A DNA stretch of 64,000 bases from Basidiobolus meristosporus CBS 931.73. Lineage: Eukaryota > Fungi > Basidiobolomycota. A program made the position numbers and the translations under genes. The notes beneath the pieces are model-generated. The model saw nothing but the letters and a program-made list of their open reading frames with translations, did no database searches and was not told the origin of the DNA. The stretch covers positions 44,382-108,381 of the forward strand of contig MCFE01000263.1 of NCBI GenBank assembly GCA_002104905.1. The letters are read 5' to 3'. Below are positions 1 through 11,288 of the stretch, one piece after another (positions within the stretch are counted from its first letter, which is position 1; each line of letters begins with the position of its first letter).

Positions 1-245
1 TATATATATCACTTATTACAGTGGGAGAAAACACTTGGTGATATTTAACTTCTCTGGATCATATCAGAGGAATTTTGATTGATCAAGTCACTGCCAAGCT
101 CCGCAACTCAAAATACTGATATATTGGAGTCTGATATCAAAGTATTGATGAAGCCAGCTATCAAATGCAATTTATTTGATCAAATTTGGTTGGCTCTATC
201 AAATGTTATGACTGATCTAAGTGGATGCCAATTTTGATTATTTCA
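1..245 (+). repeat. Unclassified repeat fragment, inverted homolog of 8365-8610
   Basis: GATCTAAGTGGATGCCAATTTTGATTA (~214-240) is the reverse complement of TAATCAAAATTGGCATCCACTTAGATC (~8373-8399). Looser similarity continues to the window start. Confidence 0.75.
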
Positions 246-1147
246 CTCTCAAATAGTCAGATATTCTAGAACAATAATGTCATGGAGACTCTTGTGCTTA
301 AAAACACCATGGTACCACCTACAAGGAAGTCCAGAATCACCCCACAAAAGGAATTATCCCTGGGTCATCAGCAGAAAAAGAAAAGAAGAAAAAATGGAAT
401 ATACTAATACCGCAAACTAGGGTACTTCCCAAATGAAGCCAAAGCTTATGTAGGCCATATTTGGACTATCTGGCAATGCAGATATGTTCTATGGAGCCTC
501 TTGTACAAAGTTCTCAAGCCAGAAACCCCAGAAAAGTCTTGAAATTTCAACAGGATCTGTCAGATATTGTAGTATATATTTGAACAGATTATTTAATGCA
601 GAAGTCTTGATGTCTGCTGTCTATGGAGCTGAAAGAAAAAGGTGCAAGGATCAACCAGATGGTTTTTATGAATTCTGAAGACACTGAGAAGATCAGTTAG
701 CCTTGGAAACCAAGCTCAAGGTTCAAAATAACTATCAGGAGAATAAGGATAATCAAAGCCCTTGTTAAGGAGAATCTCACTTCTGGAAAAGCGCCAATCT
801 CTATTCTACAAGTATATTCTGATAAGACAAAAGCAGCTGTATCAATCCAAATCAGTAGAAGCACTCTAAAAATAGCTATCAAATAACCTATGGTGTTGTC
901 CAATACCAAACTGGGTAAATCAAGAAGCAAATGGACTTTGAATCTACCGCAAATGAAGTAATCAGTCCAAAGAAAGTTATTGCTATTGAAAGAAGACAAA
1001 GATGACCATTCTAGATCCTATTTGTGGATCTGAATCACTAAACAGACGTGGTTCAAGTGGGAGCAGGCCATCTCAGCTCAGAGTTGAGCAAAAACCTTCT
1101 TTTTTGGCCATGCTATATGTGCCACAATGCCAGGAAACAAGGATAAT

Positions 1148-1361
1148 CCAGATCAGGCGTAAATGACAAAACCTTAACTTGACCCAAAGTAGGTCACTAT
1201 TTTTTACCTCATATAGCATCTATATGATGGAAGTAACTGTCCCTGAGCCTAATATGGACACACAGTGAAGTTGTCTAAATGGATTAGACTGCTGGCTGGA
1301 AATAAGGAAACTCCAGATCTGCCGTAAATGACAAAACCTTAACTTGACCAAAAGTGGGTCA
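1148..1361 (+). repeat. 49-bp direct repeat pair (1148-1196, 1313-1361)
   Basis: CCAGATCaGgCGTAAATGACAAAACCTTAACTTGACCcAAAGTaGGTCA versus the second copy, 45/49 identical. Confidence 0.9.
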
Positions 1362-1695
1362 ATTTTGCTCAAATAAGAAGCATTGGATAGCCCAGAGGCT
1401 AAATACCATTATTACAATCTGTCAATTAGACTCAGTCTATTATTCAAGCCCGTACAACTGATCAAAGTTGATGATTAGTATTATGATCAGATCATTCAAA
1501 TTTTTTAGGCATATTGCTAAGTAGATGTGCATATTGAATTCCAAGTTACTTGTTCAATTAAGTTAAGCACAAATGCATACACTGTTGGATAAAATATTAG
1601 TCCAGTATGCAACACAGTTAAATCTTATAAGCTTATTACACATTGCACACTCTCAATATGTATTTATTACTCATGAATATTTTGTTGCGTAGGAG

Positions 1696-2044
1696 TGTTG
1701 TAATTATTGAATTGTCACCTAAATATTCATGCTAACTTAGTCACATAGATCTTATTCTGTGATTAGCATTTTGTCCTGACTAGATTTCTTGTTGGGATTT
1801 ACTTAGAATATTTTCATCAAATTGTCAGGTACCCAGATTATTATTTTTCTCAGAGTCATCCAAAAGACCCCAAACTTTGCACACATATTCTTGGGACCTT
1901 CCTTAACAAACTCTACATGTTTGCTTCCTCTACTTTATTAAAAGTATAAATACCATACTTTTGATCAATGAATCTACAAGTAAATAACATGTAAATCCTC
2001 TAGTTCTCCACATCACTTCCAATACTCCTCAGAATATTGCAACA
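1696..2044 (+). mobile_element. Ty1/copia-family LTR (3' LTR-like, preceded by a degenerate PPT)
   Basis: TGTTG...CAACA termini, 349 bp. Homologous to 9525-9872 and to the LTR attached to copia pol at 59438-59784. Preceded by TGCGTAGGAG, compared with the PPT TGAGTGGGAG of the other element. Confidence 0.85.
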
Positions 2045-2045
2045 A

Positions 2046-3445
2046 TGGTGACTATGCAATGAGCTTCCAAGGACTATGGAGTAGTGGGGAGAGTTGATGA
2101 TGTTGAAGGCTATTGTCTCATGGTGACCAGTACTGGACAGCTGGAGTAGACAGGCCTCATGGGTAATGGCACCAGAGGAAAGGGATCTTCCATCAATAAC
2201 TTCTACTTGAACAGGACAGGATTTCAGGATAGTGGGGATCTTGTGCTTCTGGACAAGGGACTGGTCAATGAAACAGGATGAAGCACCAGTATCTATGAGG
2301 GCAAGGACATGGACAGGACTGTACTCAGGGATATGGGTTTTGAGAGACATTCTTAACAACTGGATGGACTTGGTAGCATATGATGTTTCTTGTGTGTGTT
2401 GAATTTTCTTTGGAGGGTCCAGTTGCAAGCCTGTCATTTTAACTGGACACTGGAGTTTCCCAACAATTCTAGAGAAGGCTGCTCACTGGATGATTGCAGG
2501 AGTTTGAAGCTGAACTTCTTGTTGGGACAAGACATGGCAAAGTGGCCTGGTTGGCAACAGTAAAGGCAGAGGTTTGCTGTTGATGTCTGGATCTTTCTTC
2601 TTTTGCAAGTTTCTTGTATTTGGCACTGCCAATTTGTATAGGATTATCAGGCTTAGTACTTGGTGACTTGATTACTGGCAAGGAGGCTGGCTGATAAGTA
2701 TGTTGGAGCTTCTGTTTCTTCTGGAAAAGGCAATTGTCACATTGGATTGCTTGATGTATTGCTTCACCCAAGGTAGTTGGGTCAGGCGGTGTGAGTAGTA
2801 GGTCACTGACTTCATAATTGGGTCCATCTTGAAACTGACTAACTAGGGCAGTATCACCCCAAAGGCTCAATCCACTAGCTAGTAGCCAGAATTCAGAAGC
2901 ATACACAATCACAGGTCTGTTTCCTTGCTACAAGTTCTTGGTCTTGTTGGCATCAGTTCTGGCTTGGTCAATGTTGCCTAATGTTAGCTCCATTTCTGTG
3001 AGGAGGGGATGATAGTCACTGAGTAGAGGGGAGTTGGCTTTCATCAAAGGGGAGAACCATTTCTGGGTAGTTCCAGTGAGCAGTTTAGGGATATATCCAA
3101 CTTTTGCTTGATCTGTTCAGAACCAATTGGGTTGCAGCAACAAGTGGTGCTCAACTATGTTGATGAAACCTCAGAACTTATTTTGGCAGCCAATGAACTC
3201 GGTGGTGGAAGGGATCTTTGGATAATGGTAGGATGGAGTATGGATAGGCTATTGAGTATTTTAGCTCTGAAGCTGTGCAACAGTGTTTCTGAGATCTGCA
3301 ATGCCTTGTTGCAGCTGGGCAAAGACAGCCATGATGCTTGCAACAATGTACTCTGGACTGGACATGTTGGGGTAGCAGGAGGTGGAGAGGTTTCTTGAGC
3401 TTCTTCAAGAGTACTGGATGCTACTAGCTAATAGACTTGTTCCAT
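2046..3445 (-). pseudogene. Ty3/gypsy gag-protease relic, truncated after the protease
   Basis: Retrotransposon gag-like segment (F*GF...QPNWF*TDQAKVGYI...W...SPLLSDY), CCHC knuckle CLYCCQPGHFAMSC, aspartic protease LALIDTGASSCFID. Multiple stops and frameshifts. Confidence 0.88.
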
Positions 3446-3538
3446 TGTGCCATTGATTAAAGTGCCAGAAAGTGCTGTATAATTTGCTATTAATTTGATA
3501 TTTTAGGGTTGTATGCATGTCAATTTTGATCCCAAATT

Positions 3539-3618
3539 GGCACTGTATGGCACCATCTGGCACTCTGTGGCATGATCAGGCACCATCTGGCATGCTATGG
3601 CACTATTGGGCACTATGA
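3539..3618 (+). repeat. Eight-unit 10-bp tandem array (GGCAC/GGCAT core)
   Basis: GG recurs at 3539, 3549 ... 3609, e.g. GGCACTGTAT GGCACCATCT GGCACTCTGT. Confidence 0.9.
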
Positions 3619-3670
3619 TCAGCTGGAATGATGGAACAAGTCCAATATATGGGTTATAAAGCTACTAGAT

Positions 3671-4485
3671 TGTCACAAATACAATTATTGAGCTACAATT
3701 CCTAACCTTGAATAAGTTAAGAACACTTCACCATGTAGTGGCTTTGACATCCTTTGATAGAGTATTGTACTAAGGCTTCCAATACTGTAACAGCTGTAGA
3801 CTACACCAGCAGGGTATTAAAGTGAATGCAGCTTTGGCCAATAATTTTGCAAAGATGAAATATCCTTGCCTTTAGAGGACAAGACTAGGGAAAGATATAG
3901 GGTGATACTGACAGTAGGTATTCCTTTACAAGTTCTTCTCAAGAACTTTAGGTAGAAGGTAAAGATCCACAGGTAAGTCAAGAGGTGTCTGATAAAGCTG
4001 TTATGAAATGACACAAGGCAGGACCAGGAAAGGACTTAGGTGTGGATCAACAAGGCAAGGCTGTTTATTCAAGACCTGTGATTATCAGACTGAGGAACAC
4101 ATAAGGGGGATATATCTATATATTACTTTTTGGCAATATAGATGCCATGAGATATTGGCTAATAATGATGGGTTTTGGGGCAAGGCACAGTAAGTGTGCC
4201 AAGATAGAAATATACTAAAGAACAGACTAGAACATTACATGGGGATATGACATGAGTCAGCTAATCATGCTACTAGGTTATGCAACATGCAACTACCATA
4301 AATGGTAGTGAGCTACATAATTTCCAAAGGGAAGCTTCCATAGAATGTTCCATTGTGTAATGTAGACTTGGAGCTTTCCAGAAGTTGCTAGAATGCAGTA
4401 GAACTTTCTAGAAGGAACTGCAATCTCTTCACCAACTAGATTTGGTAAAATCATGTAAGGTCAAGGATGTTATGAGATCATGTCA
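3671..4485 (-). mobile_element. Candidate 5' LTR of the gypsy relic
   Basis: Lies upstream of the gag ATG and is non-coding. Left boundary TGTCAC; right boundary is where homology to the neighbouring repeat family begins. No second copy is present to confirm it. Confidence 0.45.
4331..4414. promoter_or_regulatory. Heat-shock element cluster inside the candidate LTR
   Basis: Perfect nGAAnnTTCnnGAAn at 4400-4414 (AGAACTTTCTAGAAG). Also GAAgcTTC, GAAtgTTC and GAGctTTCcaGAA within 85 bp. Confidence 0.55.
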
Positions 4486-5427
4486 TGGAGCAAGTCAGGT
4501 GCATTCTGCTTGGCCTTGAGTTCCCAATGGTCCCACAGTATACTGGTCTCAAGGTGTTGGTGTGCTAAACTTCTAACAGCCTTTTGAATGTTAGCCCACT
4601 CTCATCATTGCACTCAATGGCTTCATGGATCTCCAATGTCTTTTGATTTTTAGGCTTTGGTATACACTCTACATTTTGTTCCTCCTTTGCAGTAATAGGT
4701 TTTTCTGTGGGCTTTATCCTTGAGCACTGTTGTTGTGCTTCAAAGGCTGTACAGTGTTCCCCTGCTGTTACATTGGGAAATGGCTCAATTCTTGGATGTG
4801 ATATTGAGCTACTAGAGTTCCTTCTTTGCGGTATAGATAATGCTTACTCAATATGGGATATTGATCTCTCTACATCTTTTGTCTGCTCATCCTGTTTCTC
4901 GACTATTTCCTGATCACTCTGGGCCATTGTATCTATCCTAGCAGCCACTGCATCTAATTGCCTCATTAATGCTTTGGTATAAGCTGAAAACATACTTGCT
5001 AATACTGGTAGTGGTGATGTTATGACAACTACTTGCTGGTCTCTGGCTGAAGGTAGTGCTCTTGCTACATTCTTATCTGCCACAGCAACTTGGCCAGCTT
5101 GTGGCTCTGCAGAGATTCCCAATAGCCAACTTAACTGAGAGCCTTAGAAGTGCACATTATTACCTTTAGTGGACACACTGTCCACTGAGTCTTTTTTAGT
5201 TGTAGCTCCGCTTGCTGCACAGTATGTCAAAGCAAGCTGTTGTCTAACCATTCTTCTGCTGCTGTCAGTGGTGGTGTTTGGTTGGGAACCATGCAACTTT
5301 GCTTTATTTTTTGGCAGCATATATATGGAAGTGAGTCAAACCAAAGGGGAAATGGTGTTACATATACAGATGTTTGTGGTGCCACAACTTTATTTATAAT
5401 GCTCACTATGGCAGGTCATCATTGAAT
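4483..5427 (-). repeat. Unclassified TE-like family A, copy 1
   Basis: Reverse complement aligns with 6170-7021 (shared AAGCCTAAAAATCAAAAGACATTG and ACTATGGCAGGTCATCATTGAAT; homologous ORF-track peptides at 5169-5399 and 6198-6431). Confidence 0.85.
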
Positions 5428-5451
5428 CTAACACTCCAGAGATTGGTAACT

Positions 5452-5597
5452 TGTCACAAAATGCATGGCATTTTCCTGGTCTACTGGTACTATCTGGCAC
5501 TATATTTAAAATTAGCCCTAAAGTAAAACCTATACAAAGCACTTATAGTGCCATATAGTACCAGTGGACCAAGATAGTGCCATTCATGTTTGTGACA
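5452..5597. repeat. 146-bp palindrome (MITE-like) with ~53-bp inverted arms
   Basis: TGTCACAAA...GGCACTATA, a 39-nt loop, then TATAGTGCC...TTTGTGACA. The inner 28-bp stem matches at 26/28. Confidence 0.8.
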
Positions 5598-6169
5598 TGA
5601 TACAAGCCACAGGAGCTAGATTCAGAGTGCCATGGGTATTGAGTACCAGATGCTTGTCTTCAGTCCTTCTGAGCTCTTACACATCCTGCACAACATTGAT
5701 CCAAAAAAACGGTCAAAAAAATGGAATTTCTCCAGCATGGGGGTGAAATCCATGGGCTGCTTTGCATGAAGATGAGGAGCTATGCTTTACACTCTATTGC
5801 CAAGTTTAGGAATGCTATGCCTCTCTGGCACATTATGGCACTATTTGACACTCATGGTTCAATGTGGCACTATCCATCAGAGCAAGTCTACTGATGATTG
5901 GTCAAAATATTACTTGTGTGACAAAACATTATCCATGAGCCTTGTAATACTTGCTTTGCTGCCTGCATGCTTCATGGCTGAGAGGCTTGTTACAATAGCC
6001 ACATGGTCTTTTTTCTCTTTTCCAATGGCATTGAATCAAAGTAGTCTTCTCCATGGGGCAAACAGCTTGACACTCAACAATGTTACGCTATTATAGCATT
6101 TTTCTGTTGATACTTGTGTGCATTTAAGAGAGTCTTGTATTTGAAACATTGCTCATATGTGAATGTAAA

Positions 6170-7021
6170 ATTCAATGATGACCTGCCATAGTAAGCATTA
6201 TGAATTAAGTTGTGGCACCGCATACACACATATATGTTTTTCTATTTCCACTTTGGTATGACTCACTTCCCTATATATGCTAACAATAAGTAAAGCAAAG
6301 TTATCTGGTTCCCAACTAAGCCCCACTGTTGACAGCAGCTGAAGAGTAGCTGGACAACAGCTTGCTTTGACATTCAGTGCAACAAGCAGGGCTGCATCCA
6401 AAAAAGGCCATGTGGACAGTGTGCCCACCAAAGGTAATAATGCAGACTCCTTGGGCTCTCAGTCAAGTAGGCAGATTAGAACCTCTACAGAACTGCAAGC
6501 TGACCATAATGCTCAGGCACATGAGAATGGAGTAAATGCAGTACCCTCTGTTGAAGACCAGCAAATGGCCAACATAACATTACCACCACCCATATTGCAA
6601 GTATGTAGTCAGCTCATACCAAAGCATTGATGAGGCAATTATGTGCAGTACCTGATAGGATACATGTTATGGCCCAGAGAAGTCATCCAATGTTCCTGAA
6701 ACAGGATGAGCAAATACCCTAAATTTCCTAATGTAACAGCATAGGAACACCTTTCAATCTTTGAAGCACAACATTAGTGCCCAGAGATAGAGCCAACAGA
6801 AAAGCCTATCATAGAATGGGAGTGAGAGACTGTGGTGCTTATTCCCAAGCCTAAAAATCAAAAGACATTGAAGATCTGTGAAGCCATTAAGTGCAATGAT
6901 GAAGTGTGGGCCAATATTCAAAGGCTGTTAGAAGTCTAACATAGCATAATCTTAAGGCCAGCATGCCATGGGAACATCAGGGACTCATGGCTAAGCAGAA
7001 TGCATCTGACTTGTTCCATGA
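6170..7021 (+). repeat. Unclassified TE-like family A, copy 2 (decayed coding-like sequence continues to ~8160)
   Basis: Inverted homolog of 4483-5427. Confidence 0.85.
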
Positions 7022-8364
7022 GCTATATCCTAGATTCAAGCAAGCAAACAGATTTTGGGCCAGCATTTGTATGCTCAGAAGGTATCTCAAGAATAGCAGA
7101 AACTGTCAAAGGCAGAAAACAAGGGTGCCACTGCTAAAAACCAGCAGCTTCCTCAAGAGCTTGTCACAAGCTTTGGCTGAAAGCTCTAAACAAGTAGTAA
7201 AGAAACATCAGATAGCTTGAGGAGTGCCAGTAAGGGACAGGCAGATAGAAACAGATGTATCAGTGGAGCATTTATCAAGGAGAAAATGTAGTTCATGACA
7301 AGAAACACTCAGTCACAGTAGCAGCAAAGGACCTTACATTGATAAAACCTGCAGCTTTCTCAGGCACTCATTACAAGCAGGGCTAATAGTCCCAGACAAG
7401 CAATAAAAAACATTAGGTAGTCAGTAGAGTGCAGGCAAGGGTCAAGCAGGCAAAAAGAGATGCTTCAGTACAGCATTCTTCAAGGAGAAAACAAAGTACA
7501 ATGCAAGAAGCACTGATTTAAAGTAGCAGTGAAAGACTTGGCAGTAATAAAGGTAAGGGTAAAGAGAAAAACATTACCCAAGCCAGAGAGAGGGAAGTAT
7601 GAGAGAAAAGCTGTAGTTTGCACCAGTTAATGCCATCAGCCCAGAATGGGCTGAATCTCCTCATAGACACAAAGAATGCCCAACAAGACAAAAGCTTTTT
7701 TCTCATAGGTTGGAAGCACAGCCTGTTGACCTACACTCCAGTGAGGTAGATGAGTTTGCAGAGAAAAGCAATTTGTCCACCACTGCCTCCATTGTACACA
7801 GAGAAGAGATCCCACTGACAGACAATGCAACAATGTCAAGTACTCAAAAGACTATCACAATGCCTGCAGGGGAATTTTGGGGCATTAATAGGCCACCAAG
7901 AGGTTGCAGCACTTCTTCATGAGCAGTGCTCAAGAAAACTCACTTGAATATTGCAAGTATTTATTGCAAAGACTGGCAGATGAGGTACTAAACCTTGCAG
8001 TACAAGCTGAAGACCAGGACATATAGGAGCCAGTGAATGTACAGCGGCATAAAGCTGCAGGATTCCTGCCAAAGTCATGGAAAAAGGGTGTTCTAATAGA
8101 AATATTTACTGAATGGTGGATTCTAATAGTGTTACTGGTTGAGTGTGGGGTTGGGCTCAATGTTAGTTTTGGGTATAGGGACTTGTACGGGTCAATGCAA
8201 TTATAATTGAGTTGTAACTGAAGCTTTAATTACTAATTTTTTTTAATTTGGGGTGCAACTATTTTTCAACAGTATTTACATGGTGTACTGACAGGATCAA
8301 TATCTCTTAGACACATGACTTTAACTTTGTGATGGCCTTTTGACAGGATCATCACAATTATTAT

Positions 8365-8610
8365 TCATAGAGTAATCAAAATTGGCATCCACTTAGATCA
8401 ATCACAACTTTTGTTGTAGGTAAACAAATCTGATGAAATATACTGTATTGAACACCAGTTTCATTGGAAATTTGGTATAAGGCTCCAATATTTTAGTATT
8501 TTGAGGTGTAGAGCTTGGCAGTAACTTAATTAATGACAGTTTTCCAGACTTGTTCCATAGTTACTTAATACCACCAAGTGTTTTCTTCCACTGTAATAAA
8601 TGATATATTA
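8365..8610 (-). repeat. Unclassified repeat fragment, homolog of 1-245
   Basis: Reverse-complement similarity to the window start (see feature 1-245). Confidence 0.75.
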
Positions 8611-9514
8611 ATCACAAGTATAAAATATTATGTTTTCTAATGAGTGGCTCTTGGTTGCATATTGGCCAATTGTTGCTTTGCTATATACCCCAATCAGGCT
8701 TGCAATTGTTTGCTTCAATCCTTTTGGCTGGCTGTATTACTTTCTTGAGTTGATTTTGCTAGACTGGTATAATACTTTCTCACATTGCTTTGATACTGAT
8801 AGAGAGTGACAACATGTCTAACAGCTTCAACTCTTCCTCCTAGTACATTGGTTCTGGCATTAAAGTGCTTAACACAACTACAGCATTCTTCCAATCAATC
8901 ATGAAGCCCATATCTGTACTCCAGGTGGATATATATGTATTACTTGTCATCACAACTCTGCCAATTCAGGGAGCTTGTTTTTAGGATCTTCTTCCATTGA
9001 TGGGTAGTCCAAATGGCAGCTAACAGCTCCAGAATTTGCATTCTCAGCCTTATTATGATTGGCAGCAGATTTAGGTAAAATCTACTTCCAGCAATCATTC
9101 AGTAATGATATATTTATTTTGCATTTCAGTAAAATAACCTATCAAACACTTGTCTGACAGTCAAGTGGGGCTATATGAGCACATATATCAGTATGTTACA
9201 ACTTAGATCTGTATCCTCAATTGCTGAAATTACATATTCTCCTTCATAGGTGGTAGAACATCATCATGTTATATTTCTTGACATATTTACATGACATTTA
9301 ATTGACTCTTCTTCATAACAAACTTGAGTACTTAGTAAGAGCAACTTTTGAAGGCAAGGCCTTCTTCTCTGCAGCAATACCCTCATGACTATAGTCCTTA
9401 AGCAGTGGTAGTCATCTTTGACTTTAGCAGAGGAATAGTGCCAAAAGTCTTCCTCCAGACTAGAAGCAGTAGATCTAAAAGTAAAGCTCACACCAAGAGG
9501 AAAGCAAGCTTGGT

Positions 9515-9872
9515 GCTCATAACCTGTTGCAATATTCTGAGGAGTATCAGAAATGATGTGGAGAACAAGAGGATTTTCCTGCCATTCACTTGTAGATTTA
9601 TTGATCAAAAGTATAGTATTTATACTTTTGATAAAGTATGGCAAAAGACTGTGTAGAGTTTGCTAAGAGAAGTCCCAGTAATATGTGTGCAAAGTTTGGG
9701 GTTTTTTGGACAACTTTGAGAAATGGCATAATCTGGGTATCTCATATTTGGTGAAGATACTCTAAGTCAATCCCAACAAGAAATTTGGTTAGGGCAGATT
9801 GCTAATCATGAAATAAGATCTATATGACTAAGCTAGCATAAAAATCTAGATGACAGCTTAACAATTACAACA
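9515..9872 (-). mobile_element. Ty1/copia 5' LTR (9525-9872) with PBS GGTTATGAGC
   Basis: 348 bp, TGTTG...CAACA termini, homologous to 1696-2044. Followed directly on the minus strand by GGTTATGAGCACC, resembling the half-tRNA-iMet PBS of copia-type elements. Confidence 0.82.
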
Positions 9873-11246
9873 CTTTTGACCTTCGCTTAGAAAACCCAAG
9901 CCATTGCTGTTTGGTGGCATATGTCCATCAGCAACCATCTTAAATACCCTTCAAATCCTCTAGGCGGTACAATGAAGCCGTGCACCGTATGAAATAAGTA
10001 AACCACCATCTGCACCCACACCAAGTAGGATCTGAAACCTCTCTATTAGCAATCCCCCGGGCCACAGACCATAGAAGTTTCATGAAGACACGTTAGATGG
10101 GATACCATGAGGAGATCACAGTCGAAAGATAATAGCCGCGATAAGACAAAGAAGACCAAGAACATCCCAGGTGTGGAAAATTAACCAGGGAACTTTCTTG
10201 TCGCACAACGCTCCAACAGTAAGGTTAAGCTGGTTTGGATTTCGCGATTTCTATGTGAGGTTTGACTCGAAACACCAGCACGGAATATGCCCCCAACGAA
10301 CCAATGGGTGATATAAGTATGAGCACTTCAGGGCTCCTGTCCACTGCAAGCATCGTACTGGCTGCTGGAATCTGGCGGAGTAGTTGAAAGGCCTTTGCCA
10401 TCAAATGATTCACCACTGGGATCAGGACGCTATACACTAACTGAAGGGCGAACTCGGCCAAGGAGGATCCATCAAATCGTGTAGCAGAAGGATTTGGTTG
10501 GGGCCTGGTGAATTGACACCCGATTAAGGAGCAACAAATTGGAAGCAACCCCGAAGAGCCGAAGTAACCACAGTACTGAGATCAGGGGGCAAACGAGAAG
10601 GCAGCCTCAATCCCCCCCCCTCCAGCTCAAGATTGGTCGATGGCAAAGAAAACCGATTGATCGGCCAGAAATAGCGACAAATAGAATGTCTCCGAATGAA
10701 CCCCTGTGACCCAAGAAAGCTAGCTAACCCTCAGGGTCCATGGCCAACATTTCTCTAAACCGTAGTCCACCGTGGTCAACCATCGTGTCAGATTCGACTG
10801 GTCCTTGACTAGATGCTAGCGTCTGTTCCATTGGATTAGGGGGCAGCAATCTTATCTGGAGCCAATCACCATCGAAACCTGCGGGGAACCGAAGTAACCC
10901 GACGTCTAGGTAGCAGAATTCCAGCCCGATTTCCCCACACATGTCGCCAGCATTGTCAGCACACGCAGAGTGATCTAGGATTTGCACATCGGCAATGATC
11001 CAGGTTGACCTTCGAGCGCAAGGACACCGTTACCACCCATGGCCAGGTTGCACAACCGGACGGCCGATCGCATGGTCAGTTTGGTTGGGAGGCGAGGGTT
11101 CATGGAAAAGTGTGGGTTAATACGTGACCGAAGGCGGATATTGCATGATGAATAAGGGAAATTCAGGGAATGAAAAAATTTTGATCTTCCAACCATTCAC
11201 TCCAATGTAGCTTTCGGATCCGAATCTTATTGCTGAGCTGTCTTGG

Positions 11247-11288
11247 GCGGATGGCGGATGGTGGGTGGTGGATGGTGGATGGTGAATG
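11247..11288 (+). repeat. 7-bp G-rich tandem repeat (GYGGATG)x6
   Basis: GCGGATG GCGGATG GTGGGTG GTGGATG GTGGATG GTGAATG. Confidence 0.85.

Larger units (their letters stand above)
1..9880. mobile_element. CpG-depleted block of nested, decayed transposable elements
   Basis: Only about 20 CpG in 9.9 kb (manual count). No intact host gene. Contains gag/protease relics, LTRs and several internal repeat pairs. Confidence 0.9.

Noticed and set aside
8620-9500. Possible decayed LINE RT fragment on the minus strand
   Set aside because: Only vague similarity (WSTDMGFMIDWKN); no catalytic motif is recoverable.
1696-9872. Inverted ~350-bp repeats read as the TIRs of one 8-kb DNA transposon
   Set aside because: Both are copia LTRs. 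One has a PPT-like flank and the other a PBS, and there is no shared TSD, so they are separate insertions.
1-9880. Classical Neurospora-type RIP
   Set aside because: CpA and TpG remain plentiful; the missing dinucleotide is CpG. A couple of CCA>CTA changes are too few to support RIP.
10435-10480. DPPW tetrapeptide suggesting an MT-A70 methyltransferase
   Set aside because: It sits in a short frame closed by stops, and I cannot assemble the other MT-A70 motifs; probably chance.
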